A DNA stretch of 64,000 bases from positions 114,330 to 178,329 of the forward strand of contig JAHBUY010000006.1 in the NCBI GenBank assembly GCA_019637795.1. The letters are read 5' to 3'. Made by a program: the position numbers and the translations under genes. Numbering within the stretch: the stretch's first letter is position 1; every line of letters starts with the position of its first letter. The DNA comes from a bacterium. GTDB taxonomy: Bacteria; Desulfobacterota; Binatia; HRBIN30; CADEER01. Shown in pieces: positions 59,356 through 64,000 of the stretch. The notes beneath the pieces are model-generated. The model saw only the letters and a list, made by a program, of their open reading frames with translations. It ran no database searches and had not been told where the DNA came from.

Positions 59356-60561
59356 TCACTGCCCATAGCGAGGGGCGGCGTCGAGGTAGGCGCGTTCCTC
59401 GGACGTCGAGTGGCGGCCCAACGCCGCGTTGCGGTGCGGGAAGCGGCCGAAACGGGCGATGACCGCGCGGTGCTCGCGCGCGTACCTGAGAAACTCGGCG
59501 GCATGGCCCCGCCAGTCGGGATGGCAGCGCTCGGCGAGCGCCGTGAAGGCGGCGACGGCGCGGTCCTGCACCGCGAGGTCCTCGGCATGGTGCAGCGGCA
59601 TGTAGAAGAAGGCGCGTTCGGCATCGCCGAGCTCGGCGTCAATCCCCGCGTCGAGGCCGGCGAGCGCCAGTGCCAGCGCGTGCCGGTCGGAGGCGAACGC
59701 CTCGCCGCGGCCGCGGTGCAGGTGGCGCGAGAACTGGTCCAGGAGCAGGATCAGGGCCAGGCGACCGCGCGCCGTCGCCGCCCAGCCGTCGCGCTGCCGG
59801 CGCACCGCCGCGGCGTGGTCGGCGGCGAAGCCCGCCGCGACCTCGGCGTCGAACCCGGGGTCGGCGGCGAACCAGCGCGCCGCCCGGGCGAGACGGGTCG
59901 CCGGATCGGCGTCCGGCGCGCCGAACCAGAACGCCAGCACGGCCTCGGCGCGCTGCGGATCGGCGGCATCGCCGGCGGCATGGGCGATCGCCTGCTCGAG
60001 GCGATCGTTGCCCCAGAACACCTCCTCGCCGACCGTCAGCGTCGGGGCGCCGAAGATGCCGCGCGCCCGCGCCTCGTCGGTCTGCAGGCGCAGCCGCTGC
60101 TTGGCGTCATCGGCCGCGCCGCGCGCCAGCCAGACGTCGGCGTCGACGCCGACCTCGCGCAGCACCGCCGCCACCACCGCCGCCTCGCCGATGGCGCGAT
60201 CGAACGCGAAGTTCGCGCGGTAGATGCCGCGCACGAAGGCGCCGATCCACGGCAGATCGGCCGCGGCGCAGGCGATGCGGGCGGCGAGCAGGCTGCCGCG
60301 CGGAAAGGCGCTCGGCTGGCGCAGCGGCAGCCCCTCGGCGGCGCAGAGGCGCGCCAGGTCGCGCCACATGTATCGGCCTTTGACCGGGTAGATGTTGAAG
60401 GGCGAATCGTTCCATCCCTGGGCGGCGAAGATCGGCCCGAGCAGGAAGGCGCGCCAGCGCAGCGGCACGCCAGCGGCGCGGGCCAGCGCCTCGACCCGCA
60501 TTGCCGCCGGGTAGGAATAGGTGCTGGCGAATTCGAACCAGAAGTCGACCGGCGCCGCCAT
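59356..60561 (-). CDS. fusion of a DsbA-like 2-hydroxychromene-2-carboxylate isomerase domain and a DUF924 domain
   Basis: N-terminal VDFWFEFASTYSY...IFGAPTLTVGEEVFWGNDRL (HCCA-isomerase/DsbA-like); C-terminal ...LLLDQFSRHLHRG...FFYMPLHHAEDL (DUF924-like). Confidence 0.6.
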   Translation of the reverse strand: MAAPVDFWFEFASTYSYPAAMRVEALARAAGVPLRWRAFLLGPIFAAQGWNDSPFNIYPVKGRYMWRDLARLCAAEGLPLRQPSAFPRGSLLAARIACAAADLPWIGAFVRGIYRANFAFDRAIGEAAVVAAVLREVGVDADVWLARGAADDAKQRLRLQTDEARARGIFGAPTLTVGEEVFWGNDRLEQAIAHAAGDAADPQRAEAVLAFWFGAPDADPATRLARAARWFAADPGFDAEVAAGFAADHAAAVRRQRDGWAATARGRLALILLLDQFSRHLHRGRGEAFASDRHALALALAGLDAGIDAELGDAERAFFYMPLHHAEDLAVQDRAVAAFTALAERCHPDWRGHAAEFLRYAREHRAVIARFGRFPHRNAALGRHSTSEERAYLDAAPRYGQ

Positions 60562-60571
60562 GAGGCCTCCG

Positions 60572-62470
60572 TCAGCCCCCGCGCGGGGCGGACGCGCCGA
60601 TGTCGCGCCGCGCCGGCGCGGCCGCGACGCCATCGGAAATGGCGCGCGCCGCCGTCTCGCCCGCCGCCGGCAGGGCGAAGCGGAAGGTCATGCCGCCCTC
60701 GGCGTTGGCGGACGCCCACAGCCGCCCGTGGTGCGATTCGATGATGGTGCGGCTGATCGACAGTCCCACGCCGATGCCGTTGGGCTTGGTGGAGACGAAG
60801 GGCTCGAACATCGCCTCGGCCACGCCGGCGGCGACGCCGGGGCCGGTGTCGCGCACCGCGACCTCCGCCATGCCGCTTCCCGTCGGCCGCGTGGTGAGCT
60901 GCAGGATCCGCCGCGGCGGGCCGCCGCTCATCGCCTCGACCGCGTTGCGCAGCAGGTTGAGCACCACCTGTTCCACCTGGATCGGATCCCCGACCACCGC
61001 CGGCAGCGCCACGGCGAAGAGCTCCTCGATCTCGACGCCGGCCTGCCGCGCCTCCGGCTCGATGATCCGCGCCGCCTCCTCGACCAGCGCGTTGAGATCG
61101 ATCGTCTCCTGGCGCGGCGCCTCCTTGCGCACCAGTTGGCGCAGCCGGCGGATGACCTCGCCGGCCCGCAGCGCCTCGGTGGCGATGCTGTCGAGCGCCG
61201 GCATCACCTCGGGCACGCTGCCCGGATCGCCGCGCAGCCGGCGGGCGCAGCCGCGGGCGTAGTTGACGATCGCCGCCAGCGGCTGGTTGATCTCGTGCGC
61301 CAGGCCGGCGGCCATCTCGCCCAGCGTCGACAGCCGCTGCACGTGCGTCAGCTCCGCCTGCCGCTGCCGCGCCGCCTCTTCCGAACGCCGCTGCTCGGTC
61401 ACCTCGCTGCTGAACACCGCGAGGCCGGCGACCTCGCCGTCGATGACGATCGGGTTGAAGGCGTTGACGAAGATGCGCCGGCCGTGCGGCCCATCGATGA
61501 CCTGCTCGTCGGTGAAGCGCTCGCCCACCAGGCCGCGGGCGTAGAGCGGCGCCCAGTAGGCGGCGAGATGCTGGCGCACCGCCGCCGGGTAGTCGTCCGG
61601 GTTCGTCAGCTCGCTGCCGGTCGCGACGGCGTAGCGGTGCCGCACCGCCGCATTGCGGATCAGCAGCCGGCCGGCGCGGTCGATCGCCCAGATCGCGTCC
61701 TCGGCGTTCTCGATCAGCGCCGACGCGGCGGCCTGCGACTGCCGCAGCTCGGCGGCATAGCGGCCGCGCTCCTCGATCTCGGCCTGCAGCTCGCCGTTCA
61801 GCCGTTCGAGTTGCGCCGTGCGCTCGCGCACCCGCGCTTCGAGCCGCTCGTTGAGCTGGCGCACCTCGGCAGCGGCGCGGCGCTGCGCGTCCCGCCGTTG
61901 GGCGAGCGCGGTGCGGCTGCGCTCGAGCTCGGCGGCGACGTGGACCGACAGGCCCATGCCGATCAACAGGCCGACGGTCGGGTAGCCCAGCAGGCCGTGC
62001 AGCCCGCCGGCGCCGAAATGGTGCGCCAGCGCGGTGGAGAGGATGCCGAGGCCGACGACGAGGCGCTGCGGCCACGCCCCCCACGGCAGCAGGGTCGCCG
62101 TCGCCAGGCTGACCGCCATCGACATGATGCCCGTGGTCTCCGCGTCGCGGGCCAGGATCGCCGAGGTCGTGCTCAGCAGGTACATGGCGGTGACGCAACC
62201 CAGCCCGACGGCGACCAGGCGCCGCCGGCTCGAGGGCCGGCGCTGGCGCAGCAGCGCGACCGAGAGGCCGAGCACCGCCAGCGCCGCCAGCTTGATCCCC
62301 CAGTAGACGGGCAGCTCGGCGGCGGGCAGGAGCAGCAGGTCGAAGAGCGCGAAGAGCAGGATCGGCAGGACGCACAACGCGATGCCGATGCGCACCCGGC
62401 GCTCCAGGTCGCCATCGGCGTCGGCGGCGTCGGCGCGATCCAGCGGCGGCGGACGGTCGACCGGGGCCAT
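60572..62470 (-). CDS. membrane sensor histidine kinase (PAS, HisKA, HATPase)
   Basis: LAHEINQPL H-box, HATPase block GIGVGLSISRTIIESHHGRLW, N-terminal TM segments, and a coiled-coil. Confidence 0.8.
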   Translation of the reverse strand: MAPVDRPPPLDRADAADADGDLERRVRIGIALCVLPILLFALFDLLLLPAAELPVYWGIKLAALAVLGLSVALLRQRRPSSRRRLVAVGLGCVTAMYLLSTTSAILARDAETTGIMSMAVSLATATLLPWGAWPQRLVVGLGILSTALAHHFGAGGLHGLLGYPTVGLLIGMGLSVHVAAELERSRTALAQRRDAQRRAAAEVRQLNERLEARVRERTAQLERLNGELQAEIEERGRYAAELRQSQAAASALIENAEDAIWAIDRAGRLLIRNAAVRHRYAVATGSELTNPDDYPAAVRQHLAAYWAPLYARGLVGERFTDEQVIDGPHGRRIFVNAFNPIVIDGEVAGLAVFSSEVTEQRRSEEAARQRQAELTHVQRLSTLGEMAAGLAHEINQPLAAIVNYARGCARRLRGDPGSVPEVMPALDSIATEALRAGEVIRRLRQLVRKEAPRQETIDLNALVEEAARIIEPEARQAGVEIEELFAVALPAVVGDPIQVEQVVLNLLRNAVEAMSGGPPRRILQLTTRPTGSGMAEVAVRDTGPGVAAGVAEAMFEPFVSTKPNGIGVGLSISRTIIESHHGRLWASANAEGGMTFRFALPAAGETAARAISDGVAAAPARRDIGASAPRGG

Positions 62471-62517
62471 GCGACGACGACCCTAGCGCACCGCCGCGGA
62501 GCTTGGCGATGCTCGTC

Positions 62518-62958
62518 TCACGTGGCCGCGCCGGCGGCGGGATCCGGGTAGAGGATCATCTGGGTGCAGCGGAAGAGCGCCAGCGGTCGCTCCCGCCCGT
62601 CGGCGCGGACGACCGCGTCCCACACCTGGGTCGTCCGCCCGCGGTGAACCGGCGTCGCCTCGCCGAGGATGGTCGCGCCGACGCCGACGGTGCCGAGGAA
62701 GTTGGTCTTCAGCTCGACGGTGGTGAAGCTGCGCGCGCCGGCCGGCATGTTCTCCCCCGTGCCGTAGGCGCACAGCGTGTCGGCGAGCGCGATCACCACC
62801 GGCGCCCAGAGGAAGCCGGTGCCGGCGATCAGCGGCGGGGTGATCGGAATGCGGCCGGTGACGCGCTCCGCCGTGCAGGTGAGGATCTCCAGGCCGAGCA
62901 ACCCCGGCAGGCGATCACGCCCGAAGTCGTTCAGCCGCCGCGCCCGTTCGTCCGTCAT
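62518..62958 (-). CDS. hotdog-fold thioesterase (PaaI/YbgC-like)
   Basis: LLGLEILTCTAERVTGRIPIT...FTTVELKTNFLG...VHRGRTTQVWDAVV; 146 aa from the ATG at 62958. Trimmed from track ORF 62518..63675. Confidence 0.75.
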   Translation of the reverse strand: MTDERARRLNDFGRDRLPGLLGLEILTCTAERVTGRIPITPPLIAGTGFLWAPVVIALADTLCAYGTGENMPAGARSFTTVELKTNFLGTVGVGATILGEATPVHRGRTTQVWDAVVRADGRERPLALFRCTQMILYPDPAAGAAT

Positions 62959-62999
62959 CGCCGCGCTCCTTCCGCCGTCGCCAGGCCCGCCGCCGCATC

Positions 63000-63908
63000 T
63001 CACACCCGCCGGCGCGCGGCCAGCGCCAGGCCGATCAGGCCCGGGGCGAGGAACAGCGCCACGATCGCCGGCGCGGCCACGAGCCAGTACCACAACCGGC
63101 CGTCGAGCCCGCAGGCCGCGGCGGCGGGGCCGCACGGGGCCGCGTTCAGCCATGGCGCGCCAACGGCGTTCCACAGCAGGTGCTGGCCGATCGCCAGCAG
63201 GAGTCCGAGCAGCGGCGCGACGATCGCCGGCGCGTCCGGCCCGCGCGGCGCCCACCCGAAGCCGGCGCCGGCGGTGGCGGTGAACGTCGGATGCAGCAGG
63301 CCGCCGAGCGCGGCGCGCAGGTAGACGCTCTCGGCGAGGCCGCCGGCGCCGCCGGCGAGCGCGGCGAGCGCGAAGTAGTAGAGGTTCTCGGCCATGGTGA
63401 AGCCGATGCCGATCAGGGCGCCGACGACGATGCCGTCGCGCACGTCGCGCAGCGCGCCGCGCCACCCCAGCGCCAGCGCCGCCAGCGCCGCCGCCTTGGC
63501 GATCTCCTCGATGGCCGGCGCGGCCAGCGCGCCGGCGAGCCAGGTCGCCGTCGCCGCGCCGGCCAGTTCGCCGAGCCCGGCGCGCGCCGCCCGGTTGAGC
63601 AGCAGCGCCACCGCCGGCGCCGCGACCGCGCCCCACAGGAAGGCGCCGAGCAGCAGGCGCCGCCGGCGCTGCCACCGGCGGTCGAGGCGCAGCACGACGG
63701 CCGCCGCGATCGCCGCCGGCGCCAGGGAGAGCGCCAGCAGCGGCCAGGGCACGTCGCGCATCAGCCGGGCGAACCCGAGCAGGAGCAGCGCGGCGATCAG
63801 CGCGCTGGCGATCGAGCGGAGACGCGCGGCGGACACGCCGGGTGTCTGCCCGGGCGACGGCGCCGGTTCAAGACGCGCGGCCGGCGCGACGCCGACGGAC
63901 GCGGACAC
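63000..63908 (-). CDS. PrsW-family intramembrane metalloprotease
   Basis: EEIAK, FTMAENLYY (FxxxEN) and HLLWN (HxxxN) motifs within a polytopic membrane protein. Confidence 0.7.
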   Translation of the reverse strand: MSASVGVAPAARLEPAPSPGQTPGVSAARLRSIASALIAALLLLGFARLMRDVPWPLLALSLAPAAIAAAVVLRLDRRWQRRRRLLLGAFLWGAVAAPAVALLLNRAARAGLGELAGAATATWLAGALAAPAIEEIAKAAALAALALGWRGALRDVRDGIVVGALIGIGFTMAENLYYFALAALAGGAGGLAESVYLRAALGGLLHPTFTATAGAGFGWAPRGPDAPAIVAPLLGLLLAIGQHLLWNAVGAPWLNAAPCGPAAAACGLDGRLWYWLVAAPAIVALFLAPGLIGLALAARRRV

Positions 63909-64000
63909 GGCACCAGCCCCCGCGCAGCCGTCGATCGCGGCGGCGGGGCGGATTCCGCGTTGACCAATCGACTGGGCGGTTGATATCCCTCGGCCGTGCT

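Overview
This 64 kb window is from a very GC-rich (~70-72% GC) bacterial chromosome. It is densely coding on both strands, and many genes are translationally coupled through 4-8 nt start/stop overlaps (ATGA/GTGA). Because of the GC content, the six-frame track is full of long spurious ORFs, most of them antisense or out-of-frame shadows. I kept only frames with recognisable protein-family motifs.

Content is mostly housekeeping or core metabolism:
- acyl-CoA synthetase, nadE, plsC, argC, ychF, purH-purD-purE, thiS-thiG-thiE, moaA
- PFOR (nifJ-type) plus a DHOD-like partner
- two P-type ATPases, a P450, an ABC exporter
- three sensor histidine kinases and two response regulators

These are interleaved with many secreted or membrane proteins:
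- a dockerin-like/PQQ-propeller/Cys-rich giant protein
- a beta-propeller fused to a di-heme cytochrome c peroxidase
- a di-heme cytochrome c plus cytochrome c' pair
- SIMPL, an OmpA-like lipoprotein, an M1 peptidase, PrsW and TerC

Several domain signatures point to a Myxococcota-like host (inference): a Myxococcus-type Cys-rich repeat (C-x-DGN-x-CT-x-D), Cys-bracketed dockerin-like modules and an FGFR-type Cys-rich repeat.

I recognised no rRNA, tRNA, CRISPR array, transposase or integrase.

The most interesting candidates are:
1. A tightly coupled four-gene operon (33226..39451): DUF1015, a tandem ThyX-fold protein, an ABC exporter and a secreted metallophosphoesterase. It lies directly downstream of purH-purD-purE on the same strand and may make and export a modified nucleotide.
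2. A short exosortase-like protein that overlaps a dedicated membrane partner (25323..26365).
3. A ~240 bp imperfect palindromic intergenic element (715..955).
4. A low-GC VapBC-type toxin-antitoxin islet.

All functional calls are from motif-level reading of the translations. No database search was possible.
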